Positions 29,868-41,400 of a stretch of 64,000 nucleotides of DNA are shown piece by piece; positions within the stretch are counted from its first letter, which is position 1, and each line of letters starts with the position of its first letter. The stretch is from Nitrosopumilaceae archaeon (GTDB taxonomy: Archaea; Thermoproteota; Nitrososphaeria; Nitrososphaerales; Nitrosopumilaceae). The position numbers and the translations under genes are program-made. Under the pieces are notes generated by a model, which saw nothing but the letters and a program-made list of their open reading frames with translations, ran no database searches and was not told the origin of the DNA. The stretch covers positions 736,001-800,000 of the forward strand of contig OZ242376.1 in assembly GCA_965209085.1 (NCBI GenBank), written 5' to 3'.

Positions 29868-32688
29868 TATTTTAAAGATAAGGGGTGCGCGGCAACACAA
29901 TCTTGCGGGAATCAACGTTGATTTGCCAAAAAACCGCATTGTTGTGATAACAGGATTATCCGGTTCCGGCAAATCCACGCTTGCATTTGATACAATTTAC
30001 GCTGAAGGGCAGCGCCGCTATGTTGAATCACTTTCAGCGTATGCTAGGCAATTCCTTGACATGATGGACAAGCCTGACCTTGATTCAATCGAAGGTTTGT
30101 CTCCGGCAATATCCATACAGCAAAAGACAACGAGCAAAAACCCGCGCTCAACTGTGGGGACCATTACTGAAATATACGACTATATGCGCCTGCTTTATGC
30201 GCGTGTGGGAAAAATGCACTGCCCAAAATGCAACCGCAGCATATCAAGTCAGTCAGTTGATGCAATATGCCTCTTAATTTTGCGTGATTTTGCCTCAAAG
30301 CCGATTGTAATCTTGTCCCCAATGGTGCGCCGTAAAAAAGGCACGCACGAGAAGATTTTTGAGAAAATGCGGCAGGATGGATACTCCAAAGTGCGCGTAA
30401 ATGGTGAAATTCTTGCATTAAATGATAAAATGGATGCACTTGACAGGCAAAAATGGCACAATATTGAGACCGTAGTTGATTCAATACGGGTGAATGTTGC
30501 GCAAAAACCGCGGCTCTTTGAGGCATTACAAACTGCATTATCTGCATCTGACGGATACGTTACAGTACTGTACAGTGAACATGAGACTGTATTTTCACAA
30601 AATAACGCATGCCCGCACTGTAACATTACCATAGGTGAGATGGAGCCTAGGGTGTTTTCATTCAACTCCCCCTTTGGAATGTGCCCCTCTTGCAGCGGGC
30701 TTGGGGTAAAGATGGAGTTTGATGCAGATCTTGTAATCCCGGACAAGTCAAAATCAATCCTTGATGGCGCCATTGTTCCATGGAATGGAAGGTTTGCATC
30801 ATTTCGCAGACAGTCTTTGCGTTCTGTTGGAAAAAAATTCGGATTTGACTTGATGACTTTGATATCGGATTTGAGTAAAAAACAGCTTGATGTGATTTTA
30901 TACGGTACTAAGACACTTGTGGATTTTAATTATGAATCACGCTCCGGCAGTACATGGGGGAGAACTGATTCCTTTGAGGGAGTCATTGCAAGTTTGCAGA
31001 GGCATTTTTCAGAGACTGAATCTGAATCAAAAAGAGAGTGGCTTGGCAGGTTTATGCGCGATACTCCGTGCATAAAGTGCAGGGGTAGAAAACTAAAACC
31101 TGAATCCTTGGCGGTAAGAATTGACAATATGGGGATAATGGATGTGTGCGATTTGTCGATAAACGCATGCTGGAAGTTTTTCAAAGAGATAAAACTCTCT
31201 AAAACTGAACAGTACATTGCAAAGGATGTATTCAAGGAGATACGCGCAAGACTTGATTTTCTCTTAAACGTCGGGTTGGGATATTTAACACTCAACCGGT
31301 CAAGTGCAACCCTCTCTGGCGGTGAATCACAAAGAATACGGCTTGCAACGCAGATTGGATCAAATCTTACAGGCGTACTGTACGTGCTTGATGAGCCTAC
31401 AGTAGGATTGCACCAGAGGGATAATGACCGTTTAATTTCAACACTTGAGAGGCTGCGGGATTTGGGAAATACCGTCATAGTTGTAGAGCATGATGAGGAG
31501 ATTATACGCAGCTCTGACTGGCTGCTTGATCTTGGACCCGGAGCCGGCGTTCACGGGGGTAAAGTGGTATTTGAGGGAACCCCATCGATGATTTTAAAAT
31601 CAAAAAAATCAATTACCGGCGCATACCTTGCAAAGAGGCTGAAAATTACACTAGATGGGAAGATACGCAAACAGTACGGCTGGCTAGAGGTGCACGGGGC
31701 ATCTGAGAACAATCTTAAAAATATAGACGTGAAATTTCCCCTTGGATTATTCACTGCCGTAACTGGAGTTTCCGGTTCTGGAAAATCCACCCTGGTAAAT
31801 CAGATATTATTGCAGGCAATGGCTGCGAAAATTTACAAATCACAAACAAGGCCGGGCAAACATGATAAAATCAAAGGGGCATCTGGCATTGACAAAGTTG
31901 TGGCAATAGATCAGTCCCCGATAGGGCGCACGCCCCGATCAAATCCGGCAACATACATTGGAGTCTTTGCCCCCATACGGGACCTGTATGCCTCAACTGA
32001 TGCCTCGCGCCAGCGCGGATACGGGCCGGGGAGGTTTTCATTCAACGTCTCAGAGGGGAGGTGTTTTTCATGCGAGGGTGATGGTGTAAAGCAGATAGAG
32101 ATGCAGTTTCTCTCCGATGTCTTTATCACATGCGATGAATGCAAGGGGAGGCGCTACAACAGTGAGACACTCTCCATTGTATTTAAAATGAAAAATATCT
32201 CAGATATTCTTGCAATGACAGTAGAGGAGGCGCTTGAATTTTTTAAAAACCATCCGGCAATAGCCCGCAAACTGCAGACAATTTATGATGTCGGGCTTGG
32301 GTACATAAAATTGGGACAGTCATCAACTACATTATCTGGCGGTGAGGCGCAGAGGGTGAAATTGGCCTCTGAGCTCTCAAAGAGGGATACTGGCAGAACT
32401 TTATACATACTTGATGAGCCAACCACGGGTCTGCATTTTGCCGATGTTCAAAAACTCTTGGATGTTTTAAACCGTCTGGCAAACAAACAAAATACAATAA
32501 TCGTAATAGAGCATAATCTTGATGTGATACGATGCTCTGATTGGATAATAGATTTGGGTCCTGAAGGCGGGGAGATGGGCGGTAAGATTGTTGCATGCGG
32601 TACGCCCAAAGATGTGGCAAAATCCATGGGGCATACTGGCAGATATCTTGGGGGTGCAAATAAAGATGCAAAAAAACGCCGGGTATAG
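29857..32688 (+). CDS. uvrA: Excinuclease ABC subunit A
   Basis: Two ABC cassettes (GLSGSGKS, GVSGSGKS, LSGGE twice), zinc fingers, EGQRRYVESLS. Confidence 0.97.
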   Translation: MKNDILKIRGARQHNLAGINVDLPKNRIVVITGLSGSGKSTLAFDTIYAEGQRRYVESLSAYARQFLDMMDKPDLDSIEGLSPAISIQQKTTSKNPRSTVGTITEIYDYMRLLYARVGKMHCPKCNRSISSQSVDAICLLILRDFASKPIVILSPMVRRKKGTHEKIFEKMRQDGYSKVRVNGEILALNDKMDALDRQKWHNIETVVDSIRVNVAQKPRLFEALQTALSASDGYVTVLYSEHETVFSQNNACPHCNITIGEMEPRVFSFNSPFGMCPSCSGLGVKMEFDADLVIPDKSKSILDGAIVPWNGRFASFRRQSLRSVGKKFGFDLMTLISDLSKKQLDVILYGTKTLVDFNYESRSGSTWGRTDSFEGVIASLQRHFSETESESKREWLGRFMRDTPCIKCRGRKLKPESLAVRIDNMGIMDVCDLSINACWKFFKEIKLSKTEQYIAKDVFKEIRARLDFLLNVGLGYLTLNRSSATLSGGESQRIRLATQIGSNLTGVLYVLDEPTVGLHQRDNDRLISTLERLRDLGNTVIVVEHDEEIIRSSDWLLDLGPGAGVHGGKVVFEGTPSMILKSKKSITGAYLAKRLKITLDGKIRKQYGWLEVHGASENNLKNIDVKFPLGLFTAVTGVSGSGKSTLVNQILLQAMAAKIYKSQTRPGKHDKIKGASGIDKVVAIDQSPIGRTPRSNPATYIGVFAPIRDLYASTDASRQRGYGPGRFSFNVSEGRCFSCEGDGVKQIEMQFLSDVFITCDECKGRRYNSETLSIVFKMKNISDILAMTVEEALEFFKNHPAIARKLQTIYDVGLGYIKLGQSSTTLSGGEAQRVKLASELSKRDTGRTLYILDEPTTGLHFADVQKLLDVLNRLANKQNTIIVIEHNLDVIRCSDWIIDLGPEGGEMGGKIVACGTPKDVAKSMGHTGRYLGGANKDAKKRRV

Positions 32689-34288
32689 CATAAAACCTGA
32701 TTCCATACCAAAGGATCCGGGCGTGTATATAATGATGGATTCTGCAAACTCGGCAATTTACGTGGGCAAGGCTAAAAATCTTCAAAACCGTGTTCGCACG
32801 TATTTTGCAAAAAACCGCGATTACAAGACGCAGAAATTAGTTGAAAAAATAGCCGACATTGAATTTGTAATAACTGATACTGAAGAGGAGGCGTTTTTGC
32901 TTGAATCAAATTTGATAAAAAGATACCGGCCGCACTATAACATTGAGTTGAGGGATCAGCAAAAATACACATATTTGAGAATTACTGATGAGAAATATCC
33001 CCGGCTGCTTGTCGCGCGGCGCACAAGGTCTGGAAAATTTATGGGTACTGGGAAAACGTACGGGCCGTTTACGCACGGTACATCAAAGCTTTTAACAATT
33101 GGAATGCTTCGAAAATCATTCAAAGTGCGCATATGCAAAACTTTGCCAAAAAAAGCGTGCCTTGAATACCATATTGGAAATTGCGATGCCCCATGTGAGT
33201 TTGCATCGGGGGGAGAAAAATATGCCGGACACATAAAAGAGCTGCATAATGTATTAAGTGGCAGGAAGGACATGGTACGGTACGAGCGCACACTTGATAA
33301 AATGATGCGCGAGGCATCAAATGATGGCCGCTTTGAGGATGCAATACAGATACGGGAAACTCTCCGCCGGCTTCAAAGCCTAAAGGGGAGGCAAAACATG
33401 GAGAGATCCTCATCCATACCTGATGAGGATTATGTGGGGATTTTGACTGTATGTGATAGCGCGCATGTTATGAGTTTGACGCAGTCTAATGGAATAATCC
33501 GCGACAGGGAGCGATTCTCATACGATGAGATTGCAGATAATACGTTTTCAAATTTCCTCTACCAGTATTATACGACGCGTAAAGTGCCCTCTGTAATTTT
33601 GACAAATATTGCACCTGCACGAAAGATTACCTTGGAGAGGATGCTCTCAAAGCAATCCGGGTATGAGGTGCGCATAAGGACTCCTGGGAGGGGGCGGCAG
33701 AGGCAGATAATGGATCTTGTAATGCGCAACATTGCCCTTGCAGTATCTGGTGGTGTGGAACCGGCAATAGCTGAGATGCAAAAGATGCTCGGGCTTGATA
33801 CCATACCCCACAGTATGGAATGCTTTGATATATCAAATCATGGATTCGATTATGCCGTAGGGTCAATGTCCAGGTTTGTTGACGGACAGCCAGATAAATC
33901 CGGATACAGGAAATTTATGATAAAAACTGTGAGTTCACCTGATGATTATGCAATGATTGCTGAGATTGTACATCGCCGGTATTCCCGTCTGAGTTTGGAG
34001 AAAAAACCCCTGCCGGACCTTGTTTTAATAGATGGAGGAAAAGGGCAGCTTGGCGCAGCATATAGGGAGATAAAACGTCTTGGTTTGAAAATACCGTGCG
34101 CCTCGCTTGCAAAAGAATTCGAACACGTATTTGTTTATGGCAAGTCTGCGCCGATAATAATGCCGCACAGCAACAAGGCGTTAAAAATTCTCCAGTATGC
34201 CCGAGATGAGGCTCACAGGTTTGGAGTTGCGTATAATAGAAATGTGCTAAAAAGGAAAACTTTGGGTAAGACTAGTTTACAGAGATAG
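32666..34288 (+). CDS. uvrC: Excinuclease ABC subunit C
   Basis: GIY-YIG PGVY...YVGKAKNL, FDISN, DDYAM, IDGGKGQL, RDEAHRF. Confidence 0.95.
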   Translation: MQKNAGYSIKPDSIPKDPGVYIMMDSANSAIYVGKAKNLQNRVRTYFAKNRDYKTQKLVEKIADIEFVITDTEEEAFLLESNLIKRYRPHYNIELRDQQKYTYLRITDEKYPRLLVARRTRSGKFMGTGKTYGPFTHGTSKLLTIGMLRKSFKVRICKTLPKKACLEYHIGNCDAPCEFASGGEKYAGHIKELHNVLSGRKDMVRYERTLDKMMREASNDGRFEDAIQIRETLRRLQSLKGRQNMERSSSIPDEDYVGILTVCDSAHVMSLTQSNGIIRDRERFSYDEIADNTFSNFLYQYYTTRKVPSVILTNIAPARKITLERMLSKQSGYEVRIRTPGRGRQRQIMDLVMRNIALAVSGGVEPAIAEMQKMLGLDTIPHSMECFDISNHGFDYAVGSMSRFVDGQPDKSGYRKFMIKTVSSPDDYAMIAEIVHRRYSRLSLEKKPLPDLVLIDGGKGQLGAAYREIKRLGLKIPCASLAKEFEHVFVYGKSAPIIMPHSNKALKILQYARDEAHRFGVAYNRNVLKRKTLGKTSLQR

Positions 34289-34928
34289 TGCCGCTCATCC
34301 ACGGATGAACTATGCAAAAGTATTCAAATGATCCTGCATCATAAAAGGTATATTCGAACGTGGCACCACTTGAGATTAGACCGCTGTTAAAAGTGCCGCT
34401 TTCACCTGATGTAATGCTGCCACCGGTTGCAGTATGCGCTGCAGTATCATCATTTGACCATACGATACGGTCGCCGGCATTGATTGATATGCTATATGGG
34501 ATAAAGCACTCGTTTGTCTCATCACATCCTTGAACAAACGTACCTGATGGTATTGAAACGGATTTTGTTACAGGTCCGGTTTCTTTTTCCATCATCATCA
34601 TCTCCTCTTCCATCATCATCATCTCTTTTTCCATCATCATCATCTCCTCTTCCATCATCATCATTTCTCTGTCAGCATTCATCATTTTCTCCATATCTGT
34701 CATCTCATCTCCCATCATTTCTCTGTCAGCATTCATCATTTTCTCCATATCTGTCATCTCCTCTTCCATCATCATCATCTTATCATACATCATCTCCTCC
34801 TCATCCATCATCATTGCATCCTGATTTGATTCGGATTGATCAATGGTAGTACCTATAACGGCTATACTTGCACCAAATAGAACGATGACCATGGTCCAAA
34901 CAATTGCTGCTTTGTCTACTGATCCCAT
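34272..34928 (-). CDS. Membrane-anchored blue-copper (cupredoxin) protein with Met/Glu-rich linker
   Basis: N-terminal TM; WSNDDTAAHT and YFCIVHPWM type-1 Cu ligands. Confidence 0.9.
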   Translation of the reverse strand: MGSVDKAAIVWTMVIVLFGASIAVIGTTIDQSESNQDAMMMDEEEMMYDKMMMMEEEMTDMEKMMNADREMMGDEMTDMEKMMNADREMMMMEEEMMMMEKEMMMMEEEMMMMEKETGPVTKSVSIPSGTFVQGCDETNECFIPYSISINAGDRIVWSNDDTAAHTATGGSITSGESGTFNSGLISSGATFEYTFYDAGSFEYFCIVHPWMSGTISVN

Positions 34929-34962
34929 GATTTGACCCGATCAGATGTGAATATAAGCGTTT

Positions 34963-35060
34963 TTTGACCGGGTTCTGTGTAGAATACGGGAGCTTGACTA
35001 GAGTGTGTAATTTCGGGAGTTTTTTGGACGATTTGCGATCAGAATGCGACATACTCACGA
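34963..35060 (+). repeat. Arm repeat, copy 1 (island left border)
   Basis: TTTGACCG-GGTTCTGTGTA...GTGTGTAATTTCGGGAGTT...TTTGCGATCAGAAT; reverse-complement homologue of the arm ending at 46075. Confidence 0.85.
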
Positions 35061-35084
35061 ATATCCGAATAAATTCTGTTCAAA

Positions 35085-35284
35085 TCACTATTGGGTAAAG
35101 GATGTAGGATTTATGTTGTGGTTGCAGCACAGTTCTGCAAGAGTGATGTGCGTGTTTATTGACTCCATGATGATACGCACCTTTTCGTCTGGAGCATGAT
35201 GTGATCTTTTCATTGATGAATACCTCCAAGACTGGATAAAATTTGTTCCACTTTGGGCGTTCTCATTTTATGGGGCCCACTCCA
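35085..35284 (-). mobile_element. IS3-family left-end fragment (variant like 58907)
   Basis: Reverse complement matches 58907-59100. Confidence 0.85.
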
Positions 35285-35403
35285 CACAGCAGCACGGATA
35301 CTCCCACTCACTCCAAAGGTCTCACGAACCACGAACTCAGGGATTTGCCAACACTTCAAGTGTATCGGACTTGCATGTTTTCAGTCCAGTCCAAATTCTA
35401 AGA

Positions 35404-38400
35404 CTAGGTATCATCGTATATGATTATAGTTCTAATTTTGCTCTCAGGCATGTTGCCGGCCGCATCGGGGGGCGCAATGTATTCTATAAAATACATTCCA
35501 GGCTGTAAAGTGCTCAGAGCAGTAGAGTTTTCACGCGTCGTACCCTGATACGTTGGATCATTATCGTGTACAGAGGCGCCAGCATCCGTATACTCGGATC
35601 CTGCAGGAATTCTCGCTGTAAGATTTCCGTCCAGTTGGATTGTAGGCGCATCCATGTCCACAAAGACGTTTGGTGAGTCAAGATCTGATTCGATTGCAAA
35701 TACGGTTCTGCCAGCAGAGTCAACGGCGGTAATGGCAAAGGTTGCATGACCGGCATCGCCTGCCAGTACGGATGCGCTTGCATATACTATATTCTCTGTA
35801 AAGACAACATTTGCATCCCTTCCCATAATGGTTGCAGATGCATCCGCAATATCTTCACCCAAAACCCATCTTATGGTGAGCAGATCGCCGGCATTTGCGT
35901 ATTCATAGTTTGGATTGTTGGATTTTATAATCAGACCTTGCTCGTGTTTTGGGTCTTTGAAATTGGCAGCAGCTACTCTGATTGAATCAAGCATTGATTC
36001 GTATGATTTGTCACCGTGCGCCGGAGTGCCACCCTGCGACGAGATTGGGTTTGCAGACGGACCAAGACTGACTGTCTGAATTCCCTCACCGTTGCTGCCT
36101 ATAACAGCATACAGGTCTGAATTGATTTGTACTGCCGAGACGCTTGTAGCAAGACCTGTGGATACAAAGCCGCCATAGCCATCACGGATTCCTGCAGCAG
36201 GTGTAGGATTGGAAGGATCTGTAATGTTTAATATCTGCACGCCGTCATCCTCGTGACTTGCCACAAGTGCATACACAAGTTGCCCTGATTTTACAATATC
36301 AACACCCATTGGAGCCTGCAGTGATTCAAAGATTGTTGGATGACGCTCAAAGCTGTCTCTGGGCGAAGATAAAACGCTCGGTGCGGTGGGGTTTGTAATT
36401 TCTATTATGTATACCTTGTTGTAATATGTGGAAGATATGACCGAAAAGGTTCTGCCATCATTCTGCACTATGTCGTTTGTGTTGAAATGGTATGGAAAGT
36501 ATACATAGTAAAATGGATTGGCGTTTATAATTAGTGTTACAAATGGGTTTGCAGGATCTGAAATGTTTATGAATAAATTCGAACCCCAGCCGGTTGAACC
36601 CAAAACGATAGCAAACGTTTCAGTACCGATTCGTACCGTATCTACATGGTAGGGGTCACCGCCAGTGAACGCAAATGTGGCTGTCGGATTTGTCGGATCG
36701 GTAATGTTTATGATTTGAAGTCCGTCATTCTCGCTTGCAATTATTGCAAACGTGTCATCGCCTATCTCAAAGGCGTCCACATCAAAGGCTCCATCAAGCG
36801 CTGTAAACGGTGTTGGGTTTTCATCCGTACTGTCAGTTATGCCCGCCACTGCGATGGGGTTTGTCGGATCTGTAATGTTTATGATTTGCAATCCGTCATC
36901 ATCATAGCTTGCAATTAGGGCATACGTGTTTGTGCCTATCCTTGTCGTATCCACGTTGCGAGGACCCTGCAGTTCCGTAAAGCTGTCCGTCCCATCGACC
37001 ATGGAGCTGATGGCAGCAGGGTTTGCAGGATCGGTAATGTCAGTTATTCTGGCATTACTTGAATGCCAATCCACGGTTATGGCATATGTTCCAAAACCGA
37101 TCTTTACAGTCTCTACATTATATACAGGATCAAATGCAAACTGACCGCCAATGCGTAGATTACCCAAAGCTACAGGATTGTCCATTGCTGCCGGATCTGA
37201 ATTTGTCGTGCCAGTTATGTTTACGGTGCGGGTTGTACCAACTAGTCTGTTACCACTATTGTCTCCGCCTCTGTTTCCGCTTGGATCTGGGGTTATATGA
37301 TATACGATCGTGTATGTTCCTACTTTGCTCGTGTCAATAAGGTTGGCATTGGATGTAACGGTTCCCACGTATGTGGGATCGTTATCGCGTGCTTCCACAC
37401 CTTGTTCATAATACTGGGTGCCGCGAATTATCACAATATTCAGATCTCCTGTTAGGTGTAATGTTGGAGGGGTTGTATCCACGAATACGTTTTCGGAGAT
37501 TAGATTTGATTCAGTTACGTTTAGCATGTTGCCTAGTCCATCTTGTACTATAATCTCAAAGGTAGTATTGCCGTTTGTATCATTCCACCATACGGGAATG
37601 CTTGCAATAATGGATGTTACATTGGATGATATGCTGGCATTTTTGTCCAGTATTGTGGCAGTTACAAGATTAATCTCCATGCCTGCGTGCAATACGACGG
37701 TTATAATATCATCTGCCCTTGCGCGGTGTACGTTTGGATTGCTACTGTATATGTCCAGACTGTACGAGATTGATTCGGTAATGGTGATTGGTTCCTCCCC
37801 TGTCACGTTCACGATGCGGGTTATGATCGGTGCCTGGTTTCCTGCAAGATCTGCGTCTGCGGTGTATTCTATGATGTGTATGTCGGGTACGGAGGTGCTC
37901 ACATCCGTGGCATTTGAGGTAATATTGCCTTTGTATGATGGATCATTGTCGGATAATAATGCTCCCGGGTCTACATATTCTTGTCCTATCTCTATATGAA
38001 CAATTGGCATGCCAATTAGGGTCAGATTGGGCGCGATTGTATCAACGTAGACGTTTGTATCTGTCAGATCGTGTTCTGATATTTTGAGTCTAGAGAGTAT
38101 GTCTATTAGTGAAATCGCAAATGTGAGATTACCGTTTGTATGATTTTCATGTATGGTAAAAGTTGCAGTCAATGTGTTGTTGTTTATGATCGGCAGGATG
38201 GTTTTATTCAAGACGGTCATTTCTGCACCGTATATGAGTCTGTTTGTTTGCAGTTCAAGTGTAACGTCATCTCCAGTTTTGGCATATGCGTGATTTTGCC
38301 CGTTGGATGTGGCACTAAACAAAGTTATCGCATACGGGACTGGATCAAATACTGTTACGGTTCGCGTTTTATTTTCAGGTATATTTCCTGCCTGATCTGC

Positions 38401-41400
38401 ATCAGCTGAACATTGTATGGTTTGATTTCCCAGTTTGGATGTGTCAATCAGTGTGTGATTTGAGGTTACAATGCTGGCATAGGATGGATTGTTTGCATCA
38501 GATACTGAACATCCCAGATCAAAGTAAAAGCTGTTATGCACTTGAGTTACGGGGTTGTCTCCTATTATGTCGATGATTGGTTTTACTGTGTCCACTATGA
38601 TATTGGCGGATGTTAAGTTGTCATGAGTTGCAAGCAATATTTTATTTCCGGGTGCATTTGCCATGATTGTAAATGATACAGGACCGTTTGTATCCTCAGT
38701 CATTACAGTCTGTACCGCACTTATTGAACCATTTTGTATTAGAATTGTGGCGTTGCGATCCAGTATCATGGCAGTAATGTTTGATATGGGTCCTGTTACA
38801 TTCATTGTTGCGGTAATATTGTCTCCAGTTTTTGCGTAGAGGTTATTGGTATTGGAATTTGATATTGTAGGAATTATGAATTTAGTTTCGTAGTTTATTT
38901 TAAGATCACCATATATATGAATGTCATTCAAATATACATGTTCGTTATGACTGTCGCTAGCGACTGTAAAGCGCAGTGTAAGACTGTCACTGTAGATATA
39001 TTTGCCAATATCTATATTATCACTAGACCATTCTATACCGAAACGTTCCTCGTTATTGTGGCGCTCCGTATAATTTGCCACCTGCTGCCAGCTGCCATTT
39101 CCGTCATTTGCTTCAATTTTTAATCCCTCATCGTTATAGTCATCAACATTTGTCATACGATATGAGAAATTAAGATGAACTTTTTCATAAGGGGTCATAT
39201 TCAAACCGTTTTTCATAACAAGTATACAATCTTGATCACAGTCAACCGCATGAAAGACAGTATCATCAACATTGTTTTGGTTTGTGGTGTTTGTGATTAG
39301 CCAATCTTCTCCTGAGCGATCCCACTCTTGGAACGTATCTGCATGATCTTGGAAAATTGTCACATTTTTGGATTTTATTTTTATTTCTATTGTTTCTGTT
39401 CCTGTAATGTTTGCATCGTTTATGCGTATAATTTCATCACTCTTACTACTAATGGCCGTTACGCGCACGTTAAAATTCTCACTGGATGAATATTCATCCA
39501 AATTCATGTTCATTTCAGTCCATGTGAATGAATCTGTGTTTACATCATCAAAAAATGCAATCTCGTGCCACGAGTTAGATACGTTGGATACTTCTATTCT
39601 GAGACCTTCATTTTGGTATGCATCTATTCTGCTTGATAGATAATACCAGAGATTCAAGTTGGCATTATCATACTCTGTTAGATTCATACTTTGTATCGTA
39701 ACTAGTTCGCACTCGTTATCGCAATCACTTGCCTCCAGCACCTCGTCCATTACGCCGTACTGGTTTATAACTGACTCATCTGTCCATGGGGAATTTGAGT
39801 TCCATAATATTTCAGCAAGTTTAGTTATCTCTTTTATGATATAATGACCATCATCATCATCATGATACAAATAGATGAAATCTCGGGCTATATTCCCTTG
39901 TGCATCTTCTGCCATTGCAGTGACCGTATTGGTAGAACGGGATAATGATATTGTGGTAGACCAGATGTGCAAATTATTTGTCAGATTGGAATTGAGCACA
40001 TCATTAACAAAAATCGTTATAGAAGTGACATTAATGTTATCTGATGATGTTCCATTAATGACAATGTTTTTACTTTGGAATGTGGATCTATGTGACGGAT
40101 GCGTGATTTCAATTTGTGGATTGGTTTTGTCCACATAATATCGGATGTTATTATGATGAAAGTTTAATCCTAGTGATGGATATCCCAAATTGTTCCAATT
40201 ATTTTCAAAGTCAAAGATTGTTGATGAATTATCATATTTAAATGCGCGCCATAACTGGGATTCAGTAGAAAGTGTGTCGTTGATTTCATTGGCATCATCA
40301 TATATATCCCATAAAGAGGCTGCCACCCATGATTCATATTTGCTGCCAGTAATGTTAAATCGATCAGAAAAAGGATATTCTGTAGTAGTACCAGCGTTGA
40401 AAGTTGCATACTCAAAATCAATTGGATCAACATAAAACCCAGGATACAATATGGGCGAATCCCTCATCCATATTGTAAAAAACCAAGCCCAACCTTCAAC
40501 CCATCCGCATTTATCGGTGTAATGGCTATCAATATTATGACCACGACATATGGGTATTTCTGAATTTAAATTTATATAAATTTGATCTTGAATATGATGG
40601 GCGTATTCATGTGGGAGTACAGCAGTAATGTTATAATTCAGCACATATGGAATATAGATTGTCGCATTTAGATAGGATGCCGGTCTAATATCATTTAATG
40701 TTACGTTAACGGTAGGTGCATCATACGACACCTTTGAGTATAATAAATCATGCATGGATGTCACATCAGCATACATTTGATGTGTAATTGGATAATTCAT
40801 CGGATATTGGTTTACGGTACCTACGTAAATTATTCTATCTTGTATGCCATAACGTATATTTGCAAGTGATTCATAAAATTCCACAGGTTTGTTATTGTTT
40901 ATAATTTTAACTGCATCATTTACTAATGATACACCAATAAGTAAATCCATGTATCCCCCACCAGGATTTGGATCCTCATTTATTCCTATTAATTTAAAGA
41001 AGCCATTAGAATATGATCGAGTACAAACATCACGGTCGCCACTTTTTAATATAGTCATATCACTATTATTGTGTATATTAACATCGAATGCACATATGAG
41101 ATAATCATCTGCTGGAACATGATTTAGATCCTCATTTATGGTATTATAATACCCATATACATAAAATTGAAGCGGAGCTGCTGCTGTCACCTTGGGTAAA
41201 AAAAAATCATTAAATATTGTATTTTGTGTTGAAAATTCCGGATATGCGTTAAAAAAATCATCTACAAAATCTTCTGAAAGATTTTCATCCATCAGCCAAT
41301 TTTTAGTAATTTGAATACCTTCATTTTTTTCCACTGATCTTAAAAATTCGGCAAGGCCTTCCCAACCTGGTTGAGGCACATATCCGGGTTCTTTAACTAC

